DNA of 64,000 bases from an uncultured Gammaproteobacteria bacterium (lineage in GTDB: Bacteria > Pseudomonadota > Gammaproteobacteria > DRLM01): NCBI GenBank assembly GCA_963729605.1, contig CAVSNY010000003.1, positions 1 through 64,000 on the forward strand, written 5' to 3'. The notes below the pieces were generated by a model. It was not told where the DNA came from, did no database searches, and was given only the letters and a program-made list of their open reading frames with translations. Position numbers and translations under genes: made by a program. The stretch's first letter is position 1. Each line of letters opens with the position of its first letter. This document shows positions 9,600 through 19,658 of this stretch, in pieces.

Positions 9600-11808
9600 A
9601 TGTCTTCGTCGAAACGCGAACTACCCGAGGATCCGGCCGCCGGCGCCTCGGTCGGTGGTTGCCACTGGCCCGCCATGGTGGACGCGATGCGCGATCCCGC
9701 CTTCGTCCATGATGAACGGTTCCATGTCCTGTGCGCCAACCGCGCCTACGCGGCGCTGGCCGGCATGGAGATCGCGGCGATGATCGGCCGGCCCTATTGG
9801 GAGGCCTTTCCTAAAGGCGATGGGCCGCTGCCGGCCTGTGCCGCGGCCATGCGGAACCTGCCCCATGACGAAGTCACCGAGGAGTTGCGTCTCGCGTCGG
9901 GACAAATCTTCACTTCGCGGAGCTTCGGCCTCTATGACGCCGCCGGCGCCTACCTGGCGTCCGTCCACATCCTGGAAGACATCACCGAACAGCGCCGGCA
10001 AGAGGCGGATCTCCGTTATCAGAAGGGCCGACTCGAAGAGGTCGAACGGGTCTTTCAATTGGGCACCTGGGAACGGGATGTCATCACCAACCGGGTACGC
10101 TGGTCCGACCAGATGTTCCGCATCTTCGGTTTCGCGCCCGGCGAGGTCACGCCGAGTTATGAACTTTTCCTCCGCTGCGTCCACCCGGACGACCGACCGC
10201 GGGTGGAGGAGGCGGTGAAGAATACCTTGGAAAACCGCGCGCCTTACGACATCGTGTATCGGATGGTGCGCACCGATCACGCGGTGCGCATCCTTCACGC
10301 CGCCTGTGAAACGGCGGTGGATCCGGGCGGACGCGTCTCGCGGCTGATCGGCACCTGTCAGGACATCACCGAGGCGGATGAGGCCGAACAGCGTTTGAAG
10401 CGGATCAACCGCATGTATCGCACCATCAGCCGCTGCAACCAGCATCTGATCCGCGAAGCGGATGAAAAGAGCCTGGCGCAGAAACTCTGCGACACCATGA
10501 TCGAGGAGGGCGGTTATCGGATGGCGTGGGTAGGTTATGCCTTGCATGACGAGGCGCGGACCATCCTGCCCTACGCCTACGCCGGTTTGGAAAGCGGCTA
10601 TCTCAAGGACCTCAAGCTCACCTGGGCCGACACCGAGCGCGGCAGCGGGCCGGGCGCGCGCTGCATTCGCGAAGGCGCGCCGCAAGTGACGCGCGACATC
10701 CTCAATGACCCGCGTTTTGCGTTGTGGCGGAATGAGGCGGTGCGGCGCGGTTATGCCTCGTCGATCGCCCTGCCTTTGAAAAGCCACGGCGCCGTATTCG
10801 GTTTTCTCGGCATGTATTCCGCGGTGAGCAACGCCTTCGATCAAGAGGAGGTCGCCCTGTTGGTGGAAGTGGCCGACAATCTCGCCTTCGGCATCACCGC
10901 GCTCCGCGAGCGCGCCGAACGCGAGGCGCTGACGCGGGAACTGGCCTACCTCTCCACCCGACATGGGCCGCGACGTCATCCGGTTTTTCGCGCCGGGCCT
11001 CGACGCGGCCTCACTCCAAGCCGTCGAACTGGAAAGCGAGTTGCGCCGCGCGATCGCGCGCGGCGAGCTGTGTTTGCACTATCAGCCGCAATTGGAGCTG
11101 CGCACCGGCAAACTGGTCGGGCTGGAAGCCCTGATGCGCTGGCAACATTCCCAGCGCGGTTTGATCCCCGCGGCGCAATTCATTCCTATCGCGGAAGATT
11201 CGGGTCTGATCGTGTCCATGGGTGAATGGGCGTTGCGTGAAGCCTGCCGCCAGGCCAAGCTCTGGCAGGATGCGGGGATCGAGGGTGCGGCGGTGGCGGT
11301 CAATCTCTCGGCGCGCCAGTTCAGGGACAAGAACATCGTCTACACCGTGCGGAGGATCTTGCGGGACAGCGGTCTTGAGCCCGCGCGCCTGGAGCTGGAG
11401 ATTACCGAAAGTTCGATCATGCACGATATCGAGGAGGTCATCGCCATCATGCTGGAGTTCAAGCTGCTCGGCGTGATGCTGTCCATCGACGACTTCGGCA
11501 CCGGCTACTCCAATCTGAATTACCTGCGGCGCTTTCCGGTGGATAAACTCAAGATCGACCAATCCTTCGTGCGCGACGCGGAACTGGCGGCGAGCGCCGC
11601 CGCGATCGCGCGGGCGGTGATCGTGATCGGTCACAGCCTGCGCCTCCAGGTCATCGCCGAGGGCGTGGAAACCGTGGGCCAGGCCAGCTTTCTGCGCCAG
11701 AACGGCTGCGATCAGATCCAGGGGTTTCTGATCGCACGGCCTCAACCGGCGGAAGAATTGCGGGAACTGCTTTCCCGCCCATCGTTGCTGCCCTGGGCGC
11801 CGGAGTGA
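9600..11808 (+). pseudogene. PAS-PAS(PAS_3)-GAF-[deleted GGDEF]-EAL c-di-GMP signalling protein, frameshifted at about 10959; EAL part intact at 10963..11808
   Basis: Frame 1 encodes PAS (CANRAY...VHILEDITE), PAS_3 (WSDQMFRIFG...VHPDDR...QDITE) and GAF, ending ELAYLST. It joins out of frame to [10 protein letters not shown]...LEALMRW...DDFGTGYS...KIDQSFV...AEGVET...QGF (EAL). No GGDEF domain lies between them. Confidence 0.8.
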
Positions 11809-11874
11809 CCGGACCGCCGTGGCGGCGCGATCGGCCGCCGCGGGTGAAAAGGGGCATTACCCGCGTCGTCCCTC

Positions 11875-14800
11875 TCACGCCGCCGGCGGTCGGTTCATCG
11901 ATTCGCCGGTGGCGGTTTCGGCCGCCGGCTCACGCTCGGTCTTGCGGCGCTTCAACCGTTCGCTCATATGTTCCATCGCGACGTAGAAGGCCGGGGTGAT
12001 GTAGAGCGTCAGCATCTGCGAGAAGAACAGACCGCCGACCACGGCGATGCCCAACGGCCGCCGTGCCTCCGCGCCCATGCCGGTGCCGAGGGCGATAGGC
12101 AGGGTGCCGAGGATGGCGGCGAGGGTGGTCATCATGATGGGACGAAAACGCACCAGGCAGGATTCGATGATGGCGTCGCGCGCCGAGACCGCGCGCTCGC
12201 GGCGGATCTGCAAGGCGAAGTCCACCATGATGATGCCGTTCTTCTTCACCAAGCCCACCAGCAGGATCAGCCCAACGAAGCTGAAGATGTTGAGCTCCGC
12301 GCCGAACAGGATCAGCGTCAGCAGCGCGCCCACCATCGCCAAGCGGCAGCGCGGTGAGGATGGTGATGGGGGTGGATGAAGTTGTTCGTAGAGCACCGCC
12401 AGCACCATGTAGATCACCAGGATGGTGAGCAACAGCAACAGCGGCAGATTCACCAGCGATTCTTGAAAGGTCTGGGCGCTGCCGGTGAACTGGCCGGTGA
12501 TACCCGCCGGCAGATTGGCGTTCGCCACGTCATCGACCCGGCCGGTGATATCGCCTAGCGCGATGCCGGGTGCCAGACCGAACGAGAAGGTCACGGCGGG
12601 CAATTGGCCGTAATGGCTGATCGACAGCGGGCCCACCCCGGGCTCGATGCGCGTCACGGCGCGCAACGGCACCAGCGCGCCGTTATTCGCCGGCACATAG
12701 AGCGCGTTAAGGGCGTCGATGTTCTCCTGATAGCTCGGCGCCAATTCCATGATCACTTGATATTGATCGGTGGCGCCGTAAATGCTGCTGACTTGATTGC
12801 CGCCGTAGGCGCTGTACAAGGTCGCCTGAATCTGCTCGGCGCTGACGCCCAGCGCGGCGGCGGTCTCGCGCAGGATGCGCACGTTGACCTGCGGGTTGCT
12901 GAGTTCGAGGCTGCTGCTGACGTCCTGCACGCCGGGCACGGCGGCGAGATGCGGTTCGAAGGCCGCCGCCGCGAGTTTCAGTTCATCCACGTCCGGGCCT
13001 TGCAGCACGTATTGATAATTGCCGCTGCCGCCCAGGCTGCCGATGCGGATCGCCGGCGGGTTTTGAAAGAACACCTGCATCTCCTGCACCTCGGCCACCG
13101 CCTTGCGCAATTGCTGCACGACCTCGTCGGCCGTGTCTGTGCGTTCACCGAGCGGTTTGAGACGGATCACCAGGCGGCCGATGTTGCCGCCGGTGGCGCC
13201 GCCGAAACCTTGGCCCGCGCTCGACATGGCGGCTGCGACGTTGGGATTTTGTTGGACGATGCGCGCGACCCGTTCCTGCAGGGCCTTGAGTTGTTCGAAG
13301 GTGATGCCCTCCGGGGCCTTGGTATCGGCGAAGATCTGGCCGGCGTCCACGTCGGGGATGAAGCCCTTGGTCACGGCGCCGAACAGATAAACGGTGAGTC
13401 CGAGCATGAGTGCCGATACCACCAGCATGCTGCGCCAATGATCGACCGCCCATACCAGAGTGGCGCCGTAGACATCGCGCGCGCGATCGAAGCCGCGTTC
13501 AAATACCTGGTATAGCCGGCCGTGTTGTTCGTCGTTTTTGAGAAAACGGCTGCATAACATGGGTGTGAGGGTGAGCGAGACCACGCCGGAGATGAGAATG
13601 GCGATGGCCACCGTGAGCGCGAATTCGTTGAACAGCCGGCCGACGATGCCGCCCATGAACATGATGGGAATGAACACCGCCACCAGCGACAGGGTCATCG
13701 ACAGGATGGTGAATCCGATCTCCTTGCTGCCGAGCAAGGCGGCCTGCATGCGGTTCGCGCCCTTCTCGCGGTGACGCACGATGTTTTCCAGCACGACGAT
13801 GGCATCGTCCACCACGAAACCCACGGCGAGGGTCAAGGCCATCAGCGAAAGATTGTTGAGACTGAAATCGAGGGCCTTCATCACCATGAAGGTGCCGATC
13901 AGCGAGGTGGGCAAGGCCAGCGCGCTGATCAGGGTGGCGCGCGCGTTGCGCAGGAACAGGAAAATCACGCCCACCACCAGCACGATGGAGAGTGCGAGGG
14001 TGAACTTCACTTCGTGTATCGAGCCCTTGATGAAATCGGCGCGGTCGTATTGCAACCGCAAGCTGGCGTCGCCCGGCGCCTGACGGGTGAGTTCGTCGAG
14101 TTGGGCGCGGATCGCCGTGGAGACCTGCACGGTGTTGGCGCCGGGCTGACGCCGCACCGCCAGTACGATGGCGGGGCGCAGGTCCTGCGCCTCGCCGGTG
14201 TTGTCGAAGAAGGTGGTGAGCTGTTTATCCTGTTCGACGCTGTCGAAGGCGGTGCCGACCTCGGAAAGATGCACCGGCGCGCCGTTGCGATAGGCGACCA
14301 CCAGACGGTTATAGGCGTCGGCGTCCAGCAACTGGCCCTCGGCCTGCACGGTGTAACTGCGCACGCTGCCGCTGAGGGTGCCGGTCGGCAAATTGCTGTT
14401 GCCGCTTTGGATCGCCTGCGCCACCTGCGCCAGCGAGAGATTGCGCGCCGCCAGCGCGTAAGGATTCATCTGCAAGCGCACCGCGTATTTTTTCGAGCCG
14501 AACACCAGCACTTGCGCCACGCCGGGGATGGTGGAGATCTGCTGCGCGACGCGGGTCTCGGCGTATTCGTTGAGCTCGGTCAGCGGCAATTGATCGGCGG
14601 AGAGGGCGATGAAGATGATGGGCGCATCGGCGGGGTTGACCTTGCGCAGCGTCGGCGGCGTCGGCATGTTCTGCGGCAGCCGGCGCACGCTCTGCGAGAT
14701 GGCGGTCTGTACGTCCTGCGCCGCGGCGTCGATGTCGCGTTCAAGATCGAATTGCAGGGTGATGCTGGTGCTGCCGGTGTTGCTGGTGGAATTCATGGAG

Positions 14801-15033
14801 GTGATGCCGGCGATGCTGCTGAACTGCCGCTCCAGCGGCGTCGCCACCGCCGCCGCCATGGTTTCCGGATCGGCGCCCGGCAGGCTGGCGGAGACGTTGA
14901 TGGTGGGGAAATCGACGTTGGGCAGTTCGCTCACCGGCAGGCTGTAATAGGCGGCGAGGCCGAAGATCACCAGCGCCGACATGAACATCGTCGTCATCAC
15001 CGGCCGGCGGATGAAGGGTTGCGAGATGTTCAC
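11875..15033 (-). CDS. RND efflux permease, AcrB/MdtB-MdtC family
   Basis: Motifs FIRRPVMTT, LPVSELPNVDFPTI, GFVVDDAIVVLENI, VKKNGIIMVDFA, RFRPIMMTT; 1052 aa. A short scrambled segment at 12340-12386 is explained by three +1 insertions. Confidence 0.95.
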   Translation of the reverse strand: MNISQPFIRRPVMTTMFMSALVIFGLAAYYSLPVSELPNVDFPTINVSASLPGADPETMAAAVATPLERQFSSIAGITSMNSTSNTGSTSITLQFDLERDIDAAAQDVQTAISQSVRRLPQNMPTPPTLRKVNPADAPIIFIALSADQLPLTELNEYAETRVAQQISTIPGVAQVLVFGSKKYAVRLQMNPYALAARNLSLAQVAQAIQSGNSNLPTGTLSGSVRSYTVQAEGQLLDADAYNRLVVAYRNGAPVHLSEVGTAFDSVEQDKQLTTFFDNTGEAQDLRPAIVLAVRRQPGANTVQVSTAIRAQLDELTRQAPGDASLRLQYDRADFIKGSIHEVKFTLALSIVLVVGVIFLFLRNARATLISALALPTSLIGTFMVMKALDFSLNNLSLMALTLAVGFVVDDAIVVLENIVRHREKGANRMQAALLGSKEIGFTILSMTLSLVAVFIPIMFMGGIVGRLFNEFALTVAIAILISGVVSLTLTPMLCSRFLKNDEQHGRLYQVFERGFDRARDVYGATLVWAVDHWRSMLVVSALMLGLTVYLFGAVTKGFIPDVDAGQIFADTKAPEGITFEQLKALQERVARIVQQNPNVAAAMSSAGQGFGGATGGNIGRLVIRLKPLGERTDTADEVVQQLRKAVAEVQEMQVFFQNPPAIRIGSLGGSGNYQYVLQGPDVDELKLAAAAFEPHLAAVPGVQDVSSSLELSNPQVNVRILRETAAALGVSAEQIQATLYSAYGGNQVSSIYGATDQYQVIMELAPSYQENIDALNALYVPANNGALVPLRAVTRIEPGVGPLSISHYGQLPAVTFSFGLAPGIALGDITGRVDDVANANLPAGITGQFTGSAQTFQESLVNLPLLLLLTILVIYMVLAVLYEQLHPPPSPSSPRCRLAMVGALLTLILFGAELNIFSFVGLILLVGLVKKNGIIMVDFALQIRRERAVSARDAIIESCLVRFRPIMMTTLAAILGTLPIALGTGMGAEARRPLGIAVVGGLFFSQMLTLYITPAFYVAMEHMSERLKRRKTEREPAAETATGESMNRPPAA

Positions 15034-16148
15034 GGCGCGTCCCGCGGCGGTGCGGCGGCTTGGGCCGGCGCCGGCGCCGTCGTCACTTTCGATCCTGGTC
15101 GCAGATTGCGCGGCGCGCGCGCCACCACGGTTTCGCCCTCGGTGAGACCGTGGGCGATAACGGCGAGGTCTTTCACCTGGCGATCCACCTGCACCGGGCG
15201 GATCACGGCCGCGCCCTCTACAACCACATAGACATAATTGCCATCTTGTCCGGTCCGCAATGCGGTCTGCGGCACCACGATCGCATCGTCTTGCAGCGTG
15301 AGCTGGGTGCGCACGCCGACATATTGGCCGGGCCAGAGCTGTTCATCCTTGTTGCGCACGCGCGCCTTGAGGGTCACCGTGCCGGTGTCGGTATTCACCG
15401 CGTTGTCGACGAAGACCAGTTCGCCTTCGCCCAGTTCCCCGCCGCCGTCTTCGCGGGTGATGAAGATGCGGATGGCGCGCTGCTTTTTATAACGTTGCAG
15501 TTCGGGCAGCAGTTGTTGCGGAATACTGTATTGCACCAGGATGGGTTGCATCTGATTGATCACCACCAAGGGCATGGCGTCACTGGTCGTCACCAGATTG
15601 CCAGCCTTGACGCTGAGACTACCGGTGCGGCCGGTGATGGGCGCGCGAATGTCGGTGTACGCCAAATTGATTTCGGCCTGCTGGAGCAGCGCCCGCAGTT
15701 GGCCGGCCGCGGCGCGGGCATTTTCATATTCCTGGGTGGTGACATATTCCTTGCCGGCCAGCGGTTCGAGACGTTGGGCCTGGGCGTCGGCGGCCTGCCA
15801 GGCGGTCCGCGCGCCGGCCAAGGCCGTTTCATAGGGTGAGCGGTCGAGACGGAACAGGCGCTGGCCCTTGGTGACAGTCTGGCCTTCGGTGAAATACACC
15901 TCTTCCAGCATGCCGTTTATCTGCGGCCGGATCTGCACGCTGTGTTCGGACTGGACTCGTCCGAGGGCTTGCAGTGAAACGGGCATGGGTTGTACCCGCG
16001 CGGCGGCCAACTCTACCACCAACGGTTGGCCGGACTGTGGGCCCTTGGCTTCGCCATTGGGTTTGGCCGTGATGCGCCAAGCGGTCAAGGCGGTCAATGC
16101 CGCGATGACGATGACGAAGAAGAAGATGAACAAGGTTTTGCGTGTCAC
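15030..16148 (-). CDS. RND periplasmic adaptor (membrane fusion protein, MdtA-like)
   Basis: N-terminal TM helix, lipoyl-like motifs (EGQTVTKGQRLF, IRAPITGRTG), DNAVNTDTGT and LWPGQYV; 4-bp overlaps with both neighbours. Confidence 0.93.
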   Translation of the reverse strand: MTRKTLFIFFFVIVIAALTALTAWRITAKPNGEAKGPQSGQPLVVELAAARVQPMPVSLQALGRVQSEHSVQIRPQINGMLEEVYFTEGQTVTKGQRLFRLDRSPYETALAGARTAWQAADAQAQRLEPLAGKEYVTTQEYENARAAAGQLRALLQQAEINLAYTDIRAPITGRTGSLSVKAGNLVTTSDAMPLVVINQMQPILVQYSIPQQLLPELQRYKKQRAIRIFITREDGGGELGEGELVFVDNAVNTDTGTVTLKARVRNKDEQLWPGQYVGVRTQLTLQDDAIVVPQTALRTGQDGNYVYVVVEGAAVIRPVQVDRQVKDLAVIAHGLTEGETVVARAPRNLRPGSKVTTAPAPAQAAAPPRDAP

Positions 16149-17509
16149 GGTGACTCCAGGCTAGTTGGGGGGACGAGGCCGCCCACCGCATGTCCCAAGG
16201 CGGCGCGTCCCGCCACCCAATCGAGCCGCGCCTGCACTTGTTGCACGCGGGCGTTGGCCAGCGCGGTTTGCGCGCTCAATACATCGAGTATGGTGTTGAG
16301 TCCGCTTTTATAACGCGCGTTGGAGACCTCCATCGCCTGTTGCGCGCTTCTCAATTGTGCGGCGCTGGTGTCGACGGTCACGCCGGCGGTACGCAGATTT
16401 TGATAGGCCTGCCAGACTTGCAATTCGACCTGGCTGCGCAGGTCGTCGCTGGTGGCGCGGGCGGTGTCGCGCAGCGCCTCGGCCTGTTTGAGGGCCGCGC
16501 GATCGCCGAAGCCGGCGAACAGCGGAATATTGAGACTGAGCAGCGTATTGAATTGCGAACTGTCGCCGACGTCCACGACGTGGGTCTGGCCGGCGACGGC
16601 GTCGAAATTCAGGCTGGGCAGGCCGCGGCCGCGGGTGACGTCGATATTGGCGGCGGCGGCCCGTTCCCGCGCCTTGGCGGCGAGCAATTCCGGGCGGGCG
16701 TCGCGGGCGGTGGCCAGCAGATCCGCCACGCTTTGCGACGGCATCAGGGGCGCGACATCTTCTTCTTCCCACCCCGCGAGCGGCAGCAAGGTGTCGGGCG
16801 AGTCGCCCACCGCCGTCGCCAGCTGACCGCGCGCCACCGCCAATCGTCCTTCGCTCTGCTGCAGGGCGAGTTTGACGCCGGCGAGGGCGGCCTCGAGGTT
16901 GTAGATGTCGCCTACCGTTGCGAGGCCCGACGCCTTGCGGTCCTGCGCCGCGCTGAGATTGGTCTCCGCATCGCGCAGGCTCTGCCGGTTCGCCTCCACC
17001 ACGGCTTGCAGGCCCAGCACCAGATAATAGGTCTGTTCCACCTGCAAGATCACATCCTGCACGGTTTGATTTTGGCTGAGTTGCGCGGAGGCCAGTTCGA
17101 ACTTGGCCTGGTCCAGCAGTCCGCTGCGGCTGCCGAAGTCCCACAACAGATAACTCAAGCTGACGCTGGCGCCGTAACGGGTCTGGGTATTGGAGGGGAG
17201 GCCCGAGAAATTCAAGGCCCGATTGCGTTGCGCGCTCAGCGTCGCGTCGATCTGCGGCCAGTAACCCGCGCGCGCCAGTTCCACCCCGGCCTCGGAGGCA
17301 CGCAGTGCCGCCCAGGCGAGTCGGGTCTGGGCGTTGCGGCGCAGGGCGAGGTCGGTGAGTTCCACCAAGGTCAGGGCCGGCGCGGTGGTCATTGCGGTTG
17401 TAGCGTGGTCGTCGCGCGCGGATAGGGGATCCGCCCGGGCGAGTGTCGGCGCGGTCACGGCAGATGCAATTGCAATAATGGATAAATGAACGAGGAGGGT
17501 GGTTTTCAT
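16145..17509 (-). CDS. TolC-family outer membrane efflux protein
   Basis: Signal peptide, two OEP repeats (ARAGYWPQI...YLLWDFG; RPELLAA...IPLFAG), RYKSGLNTILDVLSAQ; first gene of the efflux operon. Confidence 0.93.
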   Translation of the reverse strand: MKTTLLVHLSIIAIASAVTAPTLARADPLSARDDHATTAMTTAPALTLVELTDLALRRNAQTRLAWAALRASEAGVELARAGYWPQIDATLSAQRNRALNFSGLPSNTQTRYGASVSLSYLLWDFGSRSGLLDQAKFELASAQLSQNQTVQDVILQVEQTYYLVLGLQAVVEANRQSLRDAETNLSAAQDRKASGLATVGDIYNLEAALAGVKLALQQSEGRLAVARGQLATAVGDSPDTLLPLAGWEEEDVAPLMPSQSVADLLATARDARPELLAAKARERAAAANIDVTRGRGLPSLNFDAVAGQTHVVDVGDSSQFNTLLSLNIPLFAGFGDRAALKQAEALRDTARATSDDLRSQVELQVWQAYQNLRTAGVTVDTSAAQLRSAQQAMEVSNARYKSGLNTILDVLSAQTALANARVQQVQARLDWVAGRAALGHAVGGLVPPTSLESP

Positions 17510-17900
17510 GTGGTGGTTATGACAGGACTTACCGGTTAATGTTCAAAGCACGGCCGCTGCCTGCGCAGGGGTATGCTCAGCCGCGTTACGCTGATCTTCT
17601 TCCTGATGGCCATGGGGTGCTCGTCATCGGCGCCGGCAGCGGCGCGTCACATAGCATGAGTATGCTCTGTGGCGGCGGACTTGAGCCTAACATACCGTGC
17701 CTGAGACGGCTATCTTGCGTGGATAAGTCAGCGGTTTTATAAAATCGCTCAGCTAAGCCATGTGTGAATTGCGCCATCGATTTATTACCTTACGAAATTG
17801 AGCGAGGCGCCGATGCGATGCGGGTCAAGAAGGAATGGACGGGGCGTGAAGAGTGGGGATAGGTGATGATCCACCGTGAGCGGGGACGAGGTTGGCGAAT

Positions 17901-17933
17901 AAAAAAACCCCTCACGGAGTTGCCGTGAGGGGT
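17901..17933 (-). terminator. Rho-independent terminator of the 17972..18355 gene
   Basis: Stem acccctcacgg / ccgtgaggggt with an A7 run on the + strand, i.e. a U-tract on the - strand. Confidence 0.85.
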
Positions 17934-17971
17934 GAGCGTGCTGCGGAGTAATCGTCCGGGTGCCGCGTTAT

Positions 17972-18355
17972 TTATTGAGTCATCTTTTTAAGTTTTTCTT
18001 TGTCGCCCGCCGAGGGTTTGTGATTCAGAGTCAAGAGAATGTTGGCCAGTTCCCGCTCGTTACTGGTCGCGGACGCGTCGTTAGCGATGGCGCGTAACTT
18101 GGCCTTGTCGCCGGAGTCAACCGTATGGTTGAGATTGATCATCGCGTTGGCGAGGGTCTTCTCGCGTTCGCTGGCCGCGCTGTCTTTAGCGATCTGACTG
18201 AGTTGTTGTTTCTCCGCATCGCTGGGATGATGATTTAAATCCATCAGGATCTTGGCAATGACTTGGGTGCCCGAACCGGCGGCCGCTACCTGGCTGCCCG
18301 CCATCAGGGTCATGGCCAACAATAGCATGGCGGTGAAGGTCAGTTTATTGTCCAT
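17972..18355 (-). CDS. Secreted hypothetical protein with three ~35-aa LNH repeats
   Basis: AGGAGA RBS, Sec signal peptide, repeated [IL]A-x5-LNH-x-[PV]-x3-[DE]K-x2-L unit, own terminator. Confidence 0.85.
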   Translation of the reverse strand: MDNKLTFTAMLLLAMTLMAGSQVAAAGSGTQVIAKILMDLNHHPSDAEKQQLSQIAKDSAASEREKTLANAMINLNHTVDSGDKAKLRAIANDASATSNERELANILLTLNHKPSAGDKEKLKKMTQ

Positions 18356-18472
18356 AGCGCATCTCCTGTTTAGGTTAAAGTGGACGAGCCAGACAAATTG
18401 ATAGCCCTTTTACCGGTCTTTTGCAAGACGGCGGGTTTACCCATGACGGAAACCACTCATATTTAAGGGGCA

Positions 18473-18488
18473 TGGCGAGAATTTTGCT
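18473..18488 (+). promoter_or_regulatory. Putative sigma54 (-24/-12) promoter
   Basis: TGGCGAGAATTTTGCT: exact GG-N10-GC spacing with TTGCT at -12. Confidence 0.55.
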
Positions 18489-18661
18489 CAAGAGATTTAA
18501 AAAACCATTTGTTAAGAGTGGTATTTCCGTTGAAATTACGGCGGGTTGTGTTAGCCGGATCGGTTTATTATGCTAGCCCGCACGATGCCAAATTGAGTGG
18601 CGTTAAACGGGGCCTGACGGACCTTTTTTGCTTAACGGAAACCAGGTGGAGGATGATTTGC

Positions 18662-18805
18662 ATGAGTAATAAAAAAAGTATTGCGCTGGCATTGGGGTCC
18701 ATGGTGGCGGGGATTGCCTGCATGCCGGTGGCGGGATTGATAAGCACGGTGGCCGGTTTGGGCCTTGCTACTTTGTCGGTAGTCTTGATTTACGCCGCGG
18801 GTTAA
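18662..18805 (+). CDS. Small hydrophobic (membrane hairpin) protein, 47 aa
   Basis: GGAGG 9 nt before the ATG; MSNKKSIALALGSMVAGIACMPVAGLISTVAGLGLATLSVVLIYAAG. Confidence 0.55.
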   Translation: MSNKKSIALALGSMVAGIACMPVAGLISTVAGLGLATLSVVLIYAAG

Positions 18806-18995
18806 TCCCCGCTATTTATAAGCGCGGCGCGCAGCCTGCGGGCAAATGCGGCCGCGTTTTTGTTTGTGGCGAATCCGAATCGGTTTCCCTCTTTCAAGCC
18901 TATTGCGTCCGATGTGAATTTTCTGCCGCGGCTTGGGTCTACCTCTCGCGTAGCCTCCCCCTCTTGTCGTGAAATAAGCTCCAGGAGTCCCTGCC

Positions 18996-19640
18996 ATGAC
19001 TTATAACGCCAAGCTCCGCTTACCCACTCCCAATGAGGCGTTGCCCGGGCGATCAACGGCCATGGTGGTGTCCGAGCGTCATTTCGTGAATGGCCATTCC
19101 CTGCTGCCGCCGTTTCCCTCCGGGATGGTGTTGGCGATGTTCGGCATGGGCTGTTTTTGGGGCGCGGAGAAACAATTCTGGTTGCAGCCGGGGGTATACA
19201 GCACCGCCGTGGGTTATGCCGGCGGTTATACGCCGAATCCCACTTATCGCGAAGTGTGCAGCGGACTGACCGGGCACAATGAAGTGGTACGCGTGGTGTA
19301 CGACCCCGGCTTGATTGGCTATCAGGATTTATTGGCGGTGTTTTGGGAGTCTCACGATCCCACCCAGGGGATGCGGCAGGGCAATGATACCGGTACCCAG
19401 TATCGCTCGGGAATTTATCTCTACGATGAGATGCAGCGGCGGGCGGCGGAGGATTCACTGCGCGACTATCAACGCGCCTTGCAGAATGCGGGGTGGGGTC
19501 GTATTACCACCGAGTTGTTGGATGCGCCGACGTTTTATTATGCGGAGGACTATCATCAGCAATACCTCGCTAAAAATCCCGACGGTTATTGCGGTCTGGG
19601 CGGCACCGGAGTGGCATGCCCGAGTGGCGTGGCCTTGTGA
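18996..19640 (+). CDS. msrA: Peptide-methionine (S)-S-oxide reductase
   Basis: GCFWG catalytic motif, [32 protein letters not shown]. Confidence 0.97.
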   Translation: MTYNAKLRLPTPNEALPGRSTAMVVSERHFVNGHSLLPPFPSGMVLAMFGMGCFWGAEKQFWLQPGVYSTAVGYAGGYTPNPTYREVCSGLTGHNEVVRVVYDPGLIGYQDLLAVFWESHDPTQGMRQGNDTGTQYRSGIYLYDEMQRRAAEDSLRDYQRALQNAGWGRITTELLDAPTFYYAEDYHQQYLAKNPDGYCGLGGTGVACPSGVAL

Positions 19641-19658
19641 ACGGAGATTTTTTTGCAA

